Source: Accumulibacter sp. (lineage in GTDB: Bacteria > Pseudomonadota > Gammaproteobacteria > Burkholderiales > Rhodocyclaceae). Taken from it: a stretch of 64,000 bases of DNA. This document shows, one piece after another, positions 30,381-40,037 of the stretch. A program made the translations under genes and the position numbers. Below the pieces are notes generated by a model. That model was not told the DNA's origin and did not search any database. It worked only from the letters and a program-made list of their open reading frames with translations. The stretch spans positions 9,761 through 73,760 of the forward strand of contig JAIRPF010000044.1 in the NCBI GenBank assembly GCA_031257115.1. Reading direction: 5' to 3'. Position 1 is the first letter of the stretch; each line of letters begins with the position of its first letter.

Positions 30381-31778
30381 TCATCGAATCAAGCTCGTCC
30401 GCCACTCCAGTTTCTCATGCAGCGAAACCACCGAGCCGATGATGATCAGCGCGGGCGGCTCGATGGAGGCTTCTTCCATCAGGCGGGGCAGGTTGCCCAG
30501 GGTGCCGACGACCGTCCGCTGCCTGTCGGTGGTGGCGCGTTCGACGATCGCGGCGGGAGTCTCCGGCGCGCGGCCGTGGGCGATCAACTGCCGGCAGATG
30601 GTCTCGGCCTGCTGCACGCCCATGTAGATGACGAGCGTCTCCGTATCGCTGGTCAGGCGCGGCCAGTCGAGATCGACCTGTCCGTCGCGGCGGTGGCCGG
30701 TGACGAAGGTCACGGATTGCGCGTGATCGCGGTGCGTCAGCGGGATGCCCGCGTAGCACGACGCGCCGGCCGCCGCGGTGATCCCCGGCACGACCTGGAA
30801 CGGAATGCCCGCTTCGGCGAGTTCCTCGATTTCCTCGCCGCCGCGCCCGAAGATGAACGGGTCGCCGCCTTTCAGCCGCAGCACGGCCTTGCCAGCCTGG
30901 GCCAGTTCGATCATCAGGCGGTTGATTTTCTGCTGCGGCAAGGGATGCTTGTCGGCCTTTTTCCCGACGTAGATGCGTTCCGCCTCGCGCCGGGCCAGCG
31001 CGACGATTTCCGGCGAGACGAGGTTGTCGTACAGGACGGCGTCGGCCTGCTGCATCAGCCGCAACGCGCGGAAGGTCAGCAAATCCGGGTTGCCCGGCCC
31101 GGCCCCGACCAGATAGACCGCTCCCCGGATCGAGGACTCCGGCTCGCGGGACGCGAGTTCGGAACGCAATATTTCCTCGGCTCCGGCGACATCCCCCGCC
31201 AGCGCCCGCTCGGCGGCCGGCCCTTCCAGGACGCGCTGCCAGAAACGGCGGCGCGCCGTGGGATCGTTCGGGAAGCGCCGCCCGACGGCGCCGCGCAGGC
31301 GTCCGGCCAGATCGGCCAGACCGCCGTAGCCGTGCGGCAGCCAGGCCTCGATCCGGGCGCGCAGCAGGCGGGCGAGCATCGGCGTCCGGCCGGCCGTGGA
31401 TACGGCGAGCATCAGCGGCGAGCGGTCGATGATCGACGGGACGATGAAACGGCTTTGCTCCCTGGCGTCGGCGACGTTGACCAAGATGTTCGCCGCCTCG
31501 CAGGCGGAAAATACCGCCTCGTTGACCCGCCGGTCGCCGGTGGCGGCGATGACCAGTCGCCGCCCTCGTTCGTCGCCCGGCCGGTAGGCGCGCCGCAGGG
31601 CGCTCAGGCGGCCCGCCTCGCTCCATTCGGCCAGTGTCGGATGCAGTTCCTCGGCGATCACCGTGAGCGCCGCGCCCGCGTCGAGCAGCAATCCCGCCTT
31701 GCGCGCGGCGACCTCGCCGCCGCCGACGATCAGGCACGGCTGCCCGGCCAGTTTCAAAAACAGGGGAAAATAATCCAT
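30381..31778 (-). CDS. cysG: siroheme synthase (CysG B + uroporphyrinogen-III methyltransferase)
   Basis: MDYFPLF, VGGGEVAARK, VGAGPGNPDLLT, RLKGGDPFIFGRGGEE. Confidence 0.95.
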   Translation of the reverse strand: MDYFPLFLKLAGQPCLIVGGGEVAARKAGLLLDAGAALTVIAEELHPTLAEWSEAGRLSALRRAYRPGDERGRRLVIAATGDRRVNEAVFSACEAANILVNVADAREQSRFIVPSIIDRSPLMLAVSTAGRTPMLARLLRARIEAWLPHGYGGLADLAGRLRGAVGRRFPNDPTARRRFWQRVLEGPAAERALAGDVAGAEEILRSELASREPESSIRGAVYLVGAGPGNPDLLTFRALRLMQQADAVLYDNLVSPEIVALARREAERIYVGKKADKHPLPQQKINRLMIELAQAGKAVLRLKGGDPFIFGRGGEEIEELAEAGIPFQVVPGITAAAGASCYAGIPLTHRDHAQSVTFVTGHRRDGQVDLDWPRLTSDTETLVIYMGVQQAETICRQLIAHGRAPETPAAIVERATTDRQRTVVGTLGNLPRLMEEASIEPPALIIIGSVVSLHEKLEWRTSLIR

Positions 31779-31792
31779 GCGTCATCCATTTT

Positions 31793-32482
31793 TCAGGCCA
31801 GTTCCAATTCCAGATACCAATACTCGTCCGAGGGCCGCGTCTTGCGCGGGACGTGTTTCTGGTAGCGTTTCCCCTCGCGCGCGGTGATCGGGCCGGAAAA
31901 CTCGCGGCAATCGAAAACGAAGGAATGATATTCGCCGTTCTCGCCGCAGGCGTCGACGCCGGCCGCTTCCAGATCGACGAGCGTTCGCGCGTCCAGAACC
32001 CGCCCAAGAAAACCCTCGCCCAGGCGTTCGTTGCAGGAGACGATTTTCGCTTTCAGCCCGGACGCGATCATGTCCTCGACGAGCCTGCGGCGGTTGACTT
32101 CCCAGAGCGGGAACAGCGGCTTCAAGGCCACGTCGGGACGGGCGCAGACCCGTTCCACCCAGTCGCGGTGCGTTTGCACGTCGATGTCGCCGAACACCGC
32201 CGCGTCGGCGTCAAATTCGTCGCGCGCGCGGATCAACTGCTCGACGAAGGCGCTCTCGTAGTCGCTCCACGACGGGCTGCTGCGCAGCAACGGCACGTTC
32301 AGGCGCTCGGCCTGCGCCCGCAGCAGGCTGGCGTCCAGACCGTGCGAGCGCGAATGCTCGCCGGCCGGCTCCAGCATGGACAACAGCGCGACGAGCCGAT
32401 GCCCCTGCGCGCGGGCCAGTCGCATGGCATGGCAGCTATCCTTGCCGCCGCTCCACGAGGTAACGAATTTATGTTTTGCCAT
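31793..32482 (-). CDS. DUF71/COG2102 (Dph6/MJ0570-like) PP-loop ATPase
   Basis: SWSGGKDS, VFGDID, PLW, DACGENGEYHSFV. Confidence 0.85.
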   Translation of the reverse strand: MAKHKFVTSWSGGKDSCHAMRLARAQGHRLVALLSMLEPAGEHSRSHGLDASLLRAQAERLNVPLLRSSPSWSDYESAFVEQLIRARDEFDADAAVFGDIDVQTHRDWVERVCARPDVALKPLFPLWEVNRRRLVEDMIASGLKAKIVSCNERLGEGFLGRVLDARTLVDLEAAGVDACGENGEYHSFVFDCREFSGPITAREGKRYQKHVPRKTRPSDEYWYLELELA

Positions 32483-32595
32483 ATGATCATCCTTTCAATC
32501 GGAGATGTAAAAAACGACCCGGAAAAAGCGATCGGCCGCAACGAACACGATGAACTCCTCCCGCTTTTCGCCGTGGTTGATTGCTTTTTCCAAAA

Positions 32596-33195
32596 TCAAA
32601 ACTCTATGCCCGCCTGCGCCTTGATGCCCTGATCCCGGTACGGATGCTTGACCGATTTCATTTCGGTGACCAGGTCGGCGGCGTCGATCAGCGCCCGCGG
32701 CGCGTGCCGTCCGGTCACGATAACGTGCGTCTTTTCGCTGCGTTTTTCCAGACCCCGCAAGACCTCGTCGATATCCAGATACCGATATTTCAGGACGACG
32801 TTCAGTTCGTCCAGCACCACCACGGCATGGCGCCCGTCGGCGAGCAGGCGTTCGGCCCGCCGCCAGCCGTCGTTCGCCGCCATTTCGTTTTCGGCGCGGT
32901 TTTCGGCGGTCCAAGTGTAGCCCTTGCCGGCGACATGGAAATCGCACAGTTCGGCGGCCTGAAAGAAATCCCGCTCGGCGCTCGGCAGCGCGCCCTTGAT
33001 GAATTGGACGATCCCGGCGCGTTTGCCGTGCCCCAGGCAGCGCAGCACCATGCCCCAGGCGGCGGTGCTTTTGCCCTTGCCGTCGCCGGTATGCACGATC
33101 AGCAAGCCTTTCTCGCCCTGGGCGCGGGCCTGTTTCTTGGCGAAACCGGCCCTGTGCCGCTCGCGCGTTTCCCGGTCATCGAAAGTGTTTGTCAT
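32596..33195 (-). CDS. cobO: cob(I)yrinic acid a,c-diamide adenosyltransferase (CobO/BtuR)
   Basis: TGDGKGKSTAAWG, QFIKG, LDELN, TGRHA, ADLVTEM, GIEF. Confidence 0.93.
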   Translation of the reverse strand: MTNTFDDRETRERHRAGFAKKQARAQGEKGLLIVHTGDGKGKSTAAWGMVLRCLGHGKRAGIVQFIKGALPSAERDFFQAAELCDFHVAGKGYTWTAENRAENEMAANDGWRRAERLLADGRHAVVVLDELNVVLKYRYLDIDEVLRGLEKRSEKTHVIVTGRHAPRALIDAADLVTEMKSVKHPYRDQGIKAQAGIEF

Positions 33196-33207
33196 GAGTT
33201 TGAATCC

Positions 33208-33302
33208 GTGAAAAATGAAATGTGAAAAGTGAAAAATGGAAATTTGATGAACGAAAAACCGTTTCTCCGATGGGTTTTCTCACGTTTCACTTTTCACTCT
33301 TC
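33208..33302. repeat. heptamer hairpin element
   Basis: gtgaaaaatgaaatgtgaaaagtgaaaa...gaaaaaccg...gggttttctcacgtttcacttttcac; overlaps the cbiJ stop. Confidence 0.75.
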
Positions 33303-34058
33303 GCCCCCCAACGCCAGAAAAATGTCGTCCATTCGCCGAAAACGATTCGGGTAGTCGACGGCGGGCCGGTCGATCAGCACGACGGGGACCGCGCATTCGG
33401 CCGCCGCCGACAGTTTTTCCGGCATCCCTCCCACTTCGCCGCCATCCTTGCTGATCAACAGGCGAATGCCGAAGTGCTCGATCAGCGCCTTGTTCAGCGC
33501 GTGACTGAACGGCCCCTGCATGGCGACGATCTGGCGCGCCGCGAGGCCGAGCCGCTGGCATTGCCGCAACGCCTCGGCGGTGGGAAGCACGCGGACGACC
33601 AGGCGCTCCACGCCGAGAATTTCGGCGAAGACGCCCAGCGTCTTGCTGCCGGTGGTGAGCAGCGCCGGCCCGTCGCCGTGCGTCCGCGCCCATTCCGCCG
33701 CCTCGCGGTAGCCGGCGGCCCGGATCAGCGCGCCGGGAAAATCGTCCGGCTGGACGGGCGGCCGTTCGTAGCGCAGATAGCGGCAGCCCGTCGCGCGGCA
33801 GGCCGCGATCGCCGCGCGCGAGGCGGCCTCGGCATACGGGTGGGTGGCGTCGACCAAGGCATCGATGCCGTGCCGGCGAATGAATTCCGCCAGCCCGACC
33901 GCGTCGAGCCGGCGCGCCTGGATTTCTTTCTGGCCCTGTTCGCGCAGCAACCGCGCGCCGTATCCGGTCGCCGCGCTGGCGATGACCCGGCGACCGGACG
34001 CCGCGATCCGGCGGACGAGTTCGCGGCCGTCGGCCGTGCCGCCCATGACCAGGATCAT
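33294..34058 (-). CDS. cbiJ: cobalt-precorrin-6A reductase
   Basis: ILVMGGTADG, VDATHPYA, YLRYERP, AMQGPFS, SKDGG. Confidence 0.93.
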   Translation of the reverse strand: MILVMGGTADGRELVRRIAASGRRVIASAATGYGARLLREQGQKEIQARRLDAVGLAEFIRRHGIDALVDATHPYAEAASRAAIAACRATGCRYLRYERPPVQPDDFPGALIRAAGYREAAEWARTHGDGPALLTTGSKTLGVFAEILGVERLVVRVLPTAEALRQCQRLGLAARQIVAMQGPFSHALNKALIEHFGIRLLISKDGGEVGGMPEKLSAAAECAVPVVLIDRPAVDYPNRFRRMDDIFLALGGEE

Positions 34059-34837
34059 GTCTCCGGCTCCCCCCGCGCGCGGCTGGCGTAGCCGCGCGGC
34101 GTGATCATCCGGCCGTCATGAACGCGGGTCTGGCTGTTGCCGACGATGATGACGGTCAGCATGTCGACCTCGTGCGCCATCATTTCGCCGAGCGTGGTGA
34201 TCGTCGCGCGCTCGCCGTCGCGCCGGGCCTCGCGCACGATGCCGACCGGCGTTTCCGGGCGCTTGCGCCTGAGCAGGATTTCGCGCGCGCGGCCAAGCTG
34301 CCAGTCGCGCCCGCGGCTTTTCGGGTTGTACAGCGCGATGACGAAATCCGCGCCGGCGGCGGCGTCCAGGCGTTTTTCGATCAGCGCGAAGTCGGTCATC
34401 AGGTCGCTCAGGGAGATCGTGGCGAAATCGTGCATCAGCGGCGCGCCCAGCAAGGCGGCGGCGGCATGGGCGGCGGTGATGCCGGGCAGGATGCGCACGG
34501 GGGGCGGATCGGGCCGTTCCGCGAGAAGTTCCAGCGCCAGCCCGGCCATGCCATAGACACCGGCGTCGCCGCCGCTGATGAGCGCGACGCGGCGTCCGGC
34601 GCGCGCCATTTCGATGGCTTGCCGGCAACGCTCGACTTCGCGGCGCATCCCGGTCTTCGTCACCGCCTTGCCGTCGAGCAGGCCCTCGACCAGCCTGACG
34701 TAGGTCTTGTAGCCGATCACCGCCTCGGCGTCGCGGATGGCATCAAGACATTCCAGGCTCATGCAGGATCGACTGCCCGGCCCGATGCCGACGACGTCGA
34801 TTCGTCCGGTTTTTTGCGTGTCCGTCATTTCGTTCAT
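34055..34837 (-). CDS. cbiH: cobalt-precorrin-3B C17-methyltransferase
   Basis: VGIGPG, ISGGDAGVYGMA, LMHDFATISLSDL, LYNPKS, ITPRGY. Confidence 0.93.
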   Translation of the reverse strand: MNEMTDTQKTGRIDVVGIGPGSRSCMSLECLDAIRDAEAVIGYKTYVRLVEGLLDGKAVTKTGMRREVERCRQAIEMARAGRRVALISGGDAGVYGMAGLALELLAERPDPPPVRILPGITAAHAAAALLGAPLMHDFATISLSDLMTDFALIEKRLDAAAGADFVIALYNPKSRGRDWQLGRAREILLRRKRPETPVGIVREARRDGERATITTLGEMMAHEVDMLTVIIVGNSQTRVHDGRMITPRGYASRARGEPET

Positions 34838-34847
34838 CCTGGGAAAA

Positions 34848-34940
34848 GGTTAACCACGGAGAGCACGGCGGGCACGGTGAAAGACAAAAGCCTTTTTGAC
34901 CACGATAGGCACGATAAACACGACGGACACGACGAAAACC
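34848..34940 (+). repeat. 9-mer tandem element (CACGGAGAG/CACGATAGG/CACGACGGA units)
   Basis: aaccacggagagcacggcgggcacggtg ... accacgataggcacgataaacacgacggacacgacg between cbiG and cbiH. Confidence 0.75.
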
Positions 34941-35026
34941 AGAACCCGTTCTTGTTTCCCGTCGTGATCGTCGCGCCGTCGCGGATGAACTCTCGTTTTT
35001 CCTGCTTCTCGCCGCGCGCGCTGTGA

Positions 35027-36097
35027 TCAATCATGATTTTCGGCTCCGTGGCCGGATTCTTCGGGCCGCCGCGCGAGCGCCACGGTGACGCCGTTCCCGG
35101 CGCGCTTTCCCGCGATCAGCGGGCCGCCGCCGCACAGCATCGCCGCCGGTTCGCAGACGCCGGCGACGCCGATGGCGGAACGGACGAAATCCGACGCTTG
35201 GTAGCGCCCGTCCAGGCGCGCGATGGCGTCGCGCCCGACGAAGCGCAAGGGAACGCCCAGGGATTGCGCGGCTTCGATCAGGCCCGCCTCGTCCGCCTTC
35301 AGATCGACGCTGGCGATGCGGGACAGGGCGCGGATGTCGATGGCGGCGTCATTCATCGCCGCGCGGATCGCGCGGACGATGTCCGCCGCGCCTTTCCCCC
35401 GCTTGCAGCCGACGCCGGCGACGACGCGCCGTGGAATCAGCCAGGCCTGGTTGTCGTGCCGGTATCCGGGCGGCGTTTCGCTGATGGCGATCAGCCCGTC
35501 GTATTCCCCTGGATCGTCCCGCGCCCCGATTGGTTGAATGTTGTCCGGCAGCGGCGCGTCGACCGGCCACGGCGCGGACAGCGCGACCCGCGCGCCATTG
35601 ACGATCTCCGCCGTCACCCGTTTGGCCGCTTCCGGATCGTCGATCGCGCAGTCGAGCCGCATCGCCAGCGTATCGACGGCCAGACGGCCGGTAACGTCGC
35701 TCGCCGTGGTGATGACCGGCTCCGCGCCGAGCAGCGCGGCGATTTTCCGGGCGTCGTCGTTGGCCCGTCCGAGATGCCCGGAAACGAGACTGACGACGAA
35801 GCGGCCGCGCTCGTCGATCACCAGCACCGCTGGGTCGCTCGCCTTGTTCCTGAGCAGGGGCGCGATGCCGCGCACGACGATGCCGCTGGCCATGATCCAG
35901 ACGAGGCTGTCGTAACGCGCGAACAGATCGGCGGCGAGTTCCGCGAGCGAGCCTTCGATGAGGCGCTCGTTTGGCGCGGCGGTCGCCGCGAAGCTCCGGT
36001 TGAGGTAAAGGTCGCTGCCGGGCAGCCGCGCGGAGAGCCGGCGGCCGAGCGCGAGCGCGCCGCGCGTCAGCGTCACGATGGCATGGCGGCGGGTCAT
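35027..36097 (-). CDS. cbiG: cobalt-precorrin-5A hydrolase
   Basis: GIVVRGIAP, DPAVLVID, SGHLGRAN, ITTASD, GVGCKRG, GVCEPAA. Confidence 0.9.
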   Translation of the reverse strand: MTRRHAIVTLTRGALALGRRLSARLPGSDLYLNRSFAATAAPNERLIEGSLAELAADLFARYDSLVWIMASGIVVRGIAPLLRNKASDPAVLVIDERGRFVVSLVSGHLGRANDDARKIAALLGAEPVITTASDVTGRLAVDTLAMRLDCAIDDPEAAKRVTAEIVNGARVALSAPWPVDAPLPDNIQPIGARDDPGEYDGLIAISETPPGYRHDNQAWLIPRRVVAGVGCKRGKGAADIVRAIRAAMNDAAIDIRALSRIASVDLKADEAGLIEAAQSLGVPLRFVGRDAIARLDGRYQASDFVRSAIGVAGVCEPAAMLCGGGPLIAGKRAGNGVTVALARRPEESGHGAENHD

Positions 36098-36858
36098 CGG
36101 CCGCCCTCCGCCGTCCGGTGGCCGTGGCTGAACGCCTTGTCGTACAGGCGGGATTTTTCGTACCCGCCGCCGAGGAAACGCCCCACGAGAATCTGCGCGG
36201 TCTTGCCGATTCTGGCCGCTTTCACCTTGCCCGCGATGTCCGCCAGTGTGCCGCGCACGCACACCTCGTCCGGCCAGCTTGCCCGTTGCACCACCGCGAC
36301 GGGCGTATCGGGCGGGTAGTGTCGGCCCAGTTGACGCGCGACTTCGTCGATATTCTGTACCGACAGGAAGACGCACATCGACGCCTGGTGCGCGGCCAGG
36401 CTCTCCAGGCGCTCGCGCTCCGGCACGGGCGTGCGGCCTTCCAGGCGTGTCAGGATGACGGTCTGCGACACGGCGGGCAGGGTGAATTCGCGCCTGAGCG
36501 CGGCGGCGGCGGCGGTAAATGAACTCACGCCGGGAATCACCTCGCAGGCGACGCCCTTTGCTTCCAGCGCGTCGATCTGTTCCTGAATCGCCCCGTACAG
36601 GCTTGGGTCGCCGGTATGCACGCGGGCCACCGTTTGCCCCGCGGCGACGCCGCGCAAGGTCGCCTCCAGAACTTCCTCCAGCGTCATGCCGGCGCTGTCA
36701 TGCACCTGGGCGTCGGAACGGCGTTCGGCGAGCACGGCGACGTTCACCAGCGAACCCGCGTAAATGATGACGCCGGCCCGGCGGATGACGTCGAGTCCCT
36801 TGACCGTGATGAGTTCCGGGTCGCCGGGGCCGGCGCCGACGAAATAAACCTGGGTCAT
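36094..36858 (-). CDS. cbiF: cobalt-precorrin-4 C11-methyltransferase
   Basis: VGAGPGDPELITVKG, YAGSLV, VHTGDPSLYGA, SQTVILTR, ASWPDE. Confidence 0.93.
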   Translation of the reverse strand: MTQVYFVGAGPGDPELITVKGLDVIRRAGVIIYAGSLVNVAVLAERRSDAQVHDSAGMTLEEVLEATLRGVAAGQTVARVHTGDPSLYGAIQEQIDALEAKGVACEVIPGVSSFTAAAAALRREFTLPAVSQTVILTRLEGRTPVPERERLESLAAHQASMCVFLSVQNIDEVARQLGRHYPPDTPVAVVQRASWPDEVCVRGTLADIAGKVKAARIGKTAQILVGRFLGGGYEKSRLYDKAFSHGHRTAEGGR

Positions 36859-37574
36859 GCCGCGCGTCCCTTGCTGGCGAGAACTTTGCTGGCGAGAATG
36901 ATGGAAAGGTATTCGACCGCGCCGGGATCGACCGCCCGCAAGTCGCCGTGAATCCGTTCCGTGGCGTGGCCGCAGTTCGACACCATGACGGCGTTTTCCA
37001 GAAAACCGTGTTCGCCCAGCGCCCCCGCGAGCGCCGCGTAGCCGCGCGAGGGTTTCATCACCACCACGTTGTCAACCGCCGCCAGCAGGGCGGCGAGACG
37101 CGGCTGCCGGTAGGCGGCGGGAATGATGGCGACGGTCTCGTTTTCCCCGGCCACCGCCCGGTTCAGCCGGGCGGCCGCCGCGCAGAACGCCGGGACGCCG
37201 GGCACGGTTTCGATCCGGACGTCGCGCGATCGCAAATGGCGCATCAAATGAACGCAGGTGCTGTACAGCATCGGGTCGCCCAGCGTGACGAAAGCCACGT
37301 CGCCGCTTTCGAGATGCGTCAGCACGGCGTCCAGATTGGCTTGCCAGGCGGCGTCGAGCGCGTCCCGGTCGTAGGTCATCGGAAAGGTGAGCGGCGCGAT
37401 CTTGCCCGGATCGTCGAGATGGACGCGCGCGATGTCGGCGGCAAGGCTGCCCCGGCCGGGCGCGGATTCCGGCGCGACGACCACCGCCGCCTGGTTCAGG
37501 ACGCGCCTTGCCTTCAGCGTCATGAGTTCCGGATCGCCGGGGCCGACGCCGACGCCATAGAAAATTCCCGTCAT
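36855..37574 (-). CDS. cbiL: cobalt-precorrin-2 C20-methyltransferase
   Basis: FYGVGVGPGDPELMTLKA, FPM, TLGDPMLYST, VPGV, YLS. Confidence 0.9.
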   Translation of the reverse strand: MTGIFYGVGVGPGDPELMTLKARRVLNQAAVVVAPESAPGRGSLAADIARVHLDDPGKIAPLTFPMTYDRDALDAAWQANLDAVLTHLESGDVAFVTLGDPMLYSTCVHLMRHLRSRDVRIETVPGVPAFCAAAARLNRAVAGENETVAIIPAAYRQPRLAALLAAVDNVVVMKPSRGYAALAGALGEHGFLENAVMVSNCGHATERIHGDLRAVDPGAVEYLSIILASKVLASKGRAA

Positions 37575-37656
37575 GCGTTTTCCTCCGGGCGCGCGCCGTT
37601 TCCTCGCGGGAATGCCGGGCGGCCACTCGTCCATGCTGTTTCCATCGTTCCTTCCT

Positions 37657-38271
37657 TCACGTTTCGCCTTTCGCCCCGCCATCGCCACGGGTCGCCGAAA
37701 TCACATACACCGGATTGAATCCTTCCATCAGCGTCGAGCCGCCGACGAAGCGTCCGCGAGCCACGTTCAGCGAAACCACGTCGAGTTCTTCGTAATCGTC
37801 CGACTTCAGAACGTCGAGCGCGCGGTAGACCGTTTCGACGGTGACCGCGTTGATCACCATCCGCCCGCCCGGCGAGAGCCGCCGGCCGCACACCCGCAGA
37901 ATATCGCGCAACCGGCCGCCGCTGCCGCTGATGATGACCCGGTCGAAGCCGCCGATCGCGTCCAGTTGCTCATACGCCTCGCCCGGCAGGATGCAAAGTT
38001 CCACGCCGAAACGGCGGCGGTTCTGTTCGATCAGCGCCAGCGCGTCGCCGTTGCGTTCGATCGCATATACCCGTCCTCGCGGACACAGGAGCGCCGCCTC
38101 GACGGCGATTGAGCCGGTGCCCGCGCCGACATCGACCACCACGTGATCGGGCAGCAGGCGCAGCTTGCTCAGCGTCACGCAGCGGACTTCCGCCTTGGTC
38201 ATCGGCACCTTGCCGCGAATGAACGCGCTGTCCGGAATGCCCGGCGTCAGGTAGGGCCAGTCAAGCGTCAT
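37657..38271 (-). CDS. cbiT: cobalt-precorrin-6B C15-methyltransferase (decarboxylating)
   Basis: GIPDSAFIRGKVPMTKAEVR, DVGAGTGSI, GFNPVY. Confidence 0.92.
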   Translation of the reverse strand: MTLDWPYLTPGIPDSAFIRGKVPMTKAEVRCVTLSKLRLLPDHVVVDVGAGTGSIAVEAALLCPRGRVYAIERNGDALALIEQNRRRFGVELCILPGEAYEQLDAIGGFDRVIISGSGGRLRDILRVCGRRLSPGGRMVINAVTVETVYRALDVLKSDDYEELDVVSLNVARGRFVGGSTLMEGFNPVYVISATRGDGGAKGET

Positions 38272-38890
38272 GGTTGATCACCGCCGCCGTGGCCATGCCG
38301 AACGGCGCTTCTTCGAGTATCCGCGCCGGCGCGCCGCGCGCGATGCGCTCTTCCGGGTAGGACAGGTCGGCGCCGACGATCATTTCGATCCGCGCGGCGT
38401 CCGCCCTGTCCAGCAGGCGGGCGGCGAGCCAGTGCGCCGACCGTTCCCCGCCGGTGAGGAGCGCCGTGCGGCGATGGCGGTCGATCAGCGCGTGGAAGTC
38501 GCAGCCGCGCCCGTGCAGGCTGGCGAGTGCCGCGCCGTGCCACGGTTCGCCGATTTTCGCCATCAGGTATTGAAAGGCGCTGATTCCCGGCTCGACCCGC
38601 AATTCATCCGCCGGAAAGTGCCGGCGCAGGAAATCCAGCAGCCCGTAAAAGCCGGGATCGCCGGAGACGAGCACCGCCACCTGGCGCGAGGCGCGTTCCC
38701 GGCGAATGAGATCGGCCAGCGCGGACAGATCGCCGCGCAAGGGAAAGCAGACCTTGCCGGAACCGGCATGAGCCGCCAGATGGCGCTCACCGCCGATCAG
38801 CGCGCCGCTTTCCGCGATCAATCTCCGCGTCAGCGGCGGCACGTAATCGGGATGCCCCGGCCCCATGCCCAGGACGTAGACCTTATTCAT
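38261..38890 (-). CDS. cbiE: cobalt-precorrin-7 C5-methyltransferase
   Basis: LGMGPG, LVSGDPGFYG, PGISAFQ, DLSYPEE. Confidence 0.9.
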   Translation of the reverse strand: MNKVYVLGMGPGHPDYVPPLTRRLIAESGALIGGERHLAAHAGSGKVCFPLRGDLSALADLIRRERASRQVAVLVSGDPGFYGLLDFLRRHFPADELRVEPGISAFQYLMAKIGEPWHGAALASLHGRGCDFHALIDRHRRTALLTGGERSAHWLAARLLDRADAARIEMIVGADLSYPEERIARGAPARILEEAPFGMATAAVINHDA

Positions 38891-40037
38891 CCCGAAGCTC
38901 CGGCTTCCCGCGTTGCGCGTCCACGCGCCAGCATTCCAGCATTTCGTCGGCCATCTCTCCACTCCCCAGCGTCCGCCCATCGAGCGAGAACATCAGCACG
39001 CCGACGCGCATTTCGCCATATACCCGTTGCGACGCCCGCTGCTCGGCCTTGCGGCACAGCAGCGCGTACAGTTCGCCGTGGCCATTCCGGTCGATCACCT
39101 CCAGCGCCGCCTCGGTGGTCACGCAATCGAACAGCTCGCGGATCGCCGCCCGCGGCGCGCCGAGCCAGGCGAGATTGGCCGCCAGAATCTCGATACGCGC
39201 GTCGGCCACCTTGCTGTAACTGTCGAACACGCCGCCCGCCAGACGCGCCAGTTTGCCGATATGGCCGATCATCAGGACTTCTTCGATCCCGCGCGCCCGG
39301 CATTGATCGAGCATGTAGCCCAGATGGTTGCCGATCTTGATCGTCGCCTCCTCCGGCAGACCCAGCCGCGCGGCCATCGCCAGCCCGTGGTTGCCCGGCG
39401 TCAGGATCAGCCGCCGATGCCCGGCCTCGGCGGCGACGTTTACCTCCAGCGCCATCGACTCCCGGATCGCCTCGTCCGACATCGGTTCGACGATCCCCGT
39501 CGTGCCCAGCACGGACAGCCCGCCGACGATGCCCAGGCGCGGATTGAAGGTCTTTCGCGCCAGTTCCTCGCCGCGCGGCAGGCGGATTTCCACCCGCGCG
39601 CCCCGGCCCGGCGGCAGAAGCGCGGCGATCTCCCGCGCGATCATCCGCCGGGGCACCGGATTGATCGCCGCCTCGCCCGGCGGCACCGCCAGACCTTTCT
39701 TCGTCACCCGCCCCACGCCGCGCCCGCCGTCGATCCGCACGCCGGGTTCGTCCAGCAGGCGGCAATGCGCTTCCACCAACATGCCGTGCGTCACGTCGGG
39801 ATCGTCGCCGGCGTCCTTGCGCACCGCGCACGACATCCCGCCGTCGGCGGGCCGACAGTATTCGACGTCCAGATCGACCGTCCAGCCCTTCGGCGTGTGA
39901 ATCCGCACACGGCGGGGAGCCTGGCCCAGCAGCGCCAGCATCGCCGCCTTGGCGGCCGCGGCGGCGCAGCTTCCGGTCGTCACGCCGTAACGGAGCCGTT
40001 TGCCGTTCCTGGAAAGGGTTTGCTCGAGCATCTTCAC
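38883..40037 (-). CDS. cbiD: cobalt-precorrin-5B C1-methyltransferase
   Basis: LRYGVTTGSCAAAA, KDAGDDPDVTHG, GVGRVT, AINPVPR, NPRLGIVGGLSVLGTTG. Confidence 0.95.
   Translation of the reverse strand: MKMLEQTLSRNGKRLRYGVTTGSCAAAAAKAAMLALLGQAPRRVRIHTPKGWTVDLDVEYCRPADGGMSCAVRKDAGDDPDVTHGMLVEAHCRLLDEPGVRIDGGRGVGRVTKKGLAVPPGEAAINPVPRRMIAREIAALLPPGRGARVEIRLPRGEELARKTFNPRLGIVGGLSVLGTTGIVEPMSDEAIRESMALEVNVAAEAGHRRLILTPGNHGLAMAARLGLPEEATIKIGNHLGYMLDQCRARGIEEVLMIGHIGKLARLAGGVFDSYSKVADARIEILAANLAWLGAPRAAIRELFDCVTTEAALEVIDRNGHGELYALLCRKAEQRASQRVYGEMRVGVLMFSLDGRTLGSGEMADEMLECWRVDAQRGKPELRDE

Noticed and set aside
34848-34940. Periodic repeats here and at 22176-22285 and 26482-26582 as a CRISPR array
   Set aside because: Units are 7-9 nt and tandem with no unique spacers; no cas genes in the window.
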